A stretch of 63,348 nucleotides of DNA, filler included, from Octopus bimaculoides (lineage: Eukaryota), in the NCBI RefSeq assembly GCF_001194135.2. It is 5 parts of 5 records of this genome, joined end to end, with 100 filler letters (N's around TTAATTAATTAA, not from the genome) between each part and the next. Parts side by side here need not be neighbours in the genome. Positions count along the whole stretch, not along the records: positions 54,651 to 63,348 come from NC_068986.1; 4 more parts are not named here. One strand, written 5' to 3'. The first letter of the stretch is position 1. Each line of letters starts with the position of its first letter. A model generated the notes under the pieces. The model saw only the letters and a list, made by a program, of their open reading frames with translations. It was not told the DNA's origin and made no database searches. Shown here in pieces: positions 62,871 through 63,348 of this stretch. Position numbers and translations under genes: made by a program.

Positions 62871-63348
62871 CAACAGCGTTGTGGAAAGTGGGTCGATAAA
62901 ATAAGTATCAGTCAAGAAATTGAATCAATATAACCGACTTTTTCCTCCTCTCAAGATTGCTCTCTTTTCCCAAAATTAGAAAGAACTGTCGCTATTATTA
63001 TTATTATTATTATTCAGTAGTTTTATTTTTATAGCGTGCTTTCACTTCACTACCGAGCGCAGCTCTGTGCGCCTTGGGTGTGTGCTGTGGTTTGCTGTGG
63101 TGCTCTTATGTTTACTGTATTGAAAGTGTTTTGCGTAGAATGTGTGCAGTACCCAGTAGTGCAATTTTCTGTATGTTATATATATTTGTAAGTCCTGGTG
63201 TTTTTGTTATGTATTTGTCTGAATATTTTTTTATTATACCTAAGGCACCTACTATGATAGGAATTGTTTCTGTTTTTAGATTCCACATTCGAGTTATCTC
63301 TATTTCCAGGTCTTTGTATTTTGAAAGTTTTATTATTATTATTATTAT

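Overview
AT-rich, microsatellite-saturated, gapped eukaryotic DNA. The repeat content (tRNA-derived SINE families, R4/Dong, RTE, CR1/L2 and Tx1 LINE relics, Tc1/mariner fossils, hAT, piggyBac and Tigger MITEs, Penelope-type ends) looks like an octopus (cephalopod) draft genome. That is inferred from repeat recognition, not from a database search. Four identical 100-bp linkers (44N-TTAATTAATTAA-44N) split the window into five joined segments. I find no intact host protein-coding gene; nearly all long ORFs in the track are microsatellite or N artefacts. Most notable: (1) several minimal type I hammerhead-ribozyme motifs in Penelope-like short elements, all with an extra A after the core and mostly a palindromic ACGU helix III; (2) a CR1-like LINE whose 3' tail is shared with the dominant SINE, keeping a hairpin despite sequence change; (3) a 59-bp templated copy of nearby low-complexity DNA inside a mariner transposase; (4) an LTR followed by a tRNA-Trp primer-binding site; (5) a four-copy array of RTE 3' ends interrupted by a hAT MITE with a perfect 8-bp TSD; (6) a SINE that inserts at AGAA sites matching its own tail; (7) a tRNA-Glu(TTC) pseudogene. 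All coordinates were counted by eye and may be off by a few bases.
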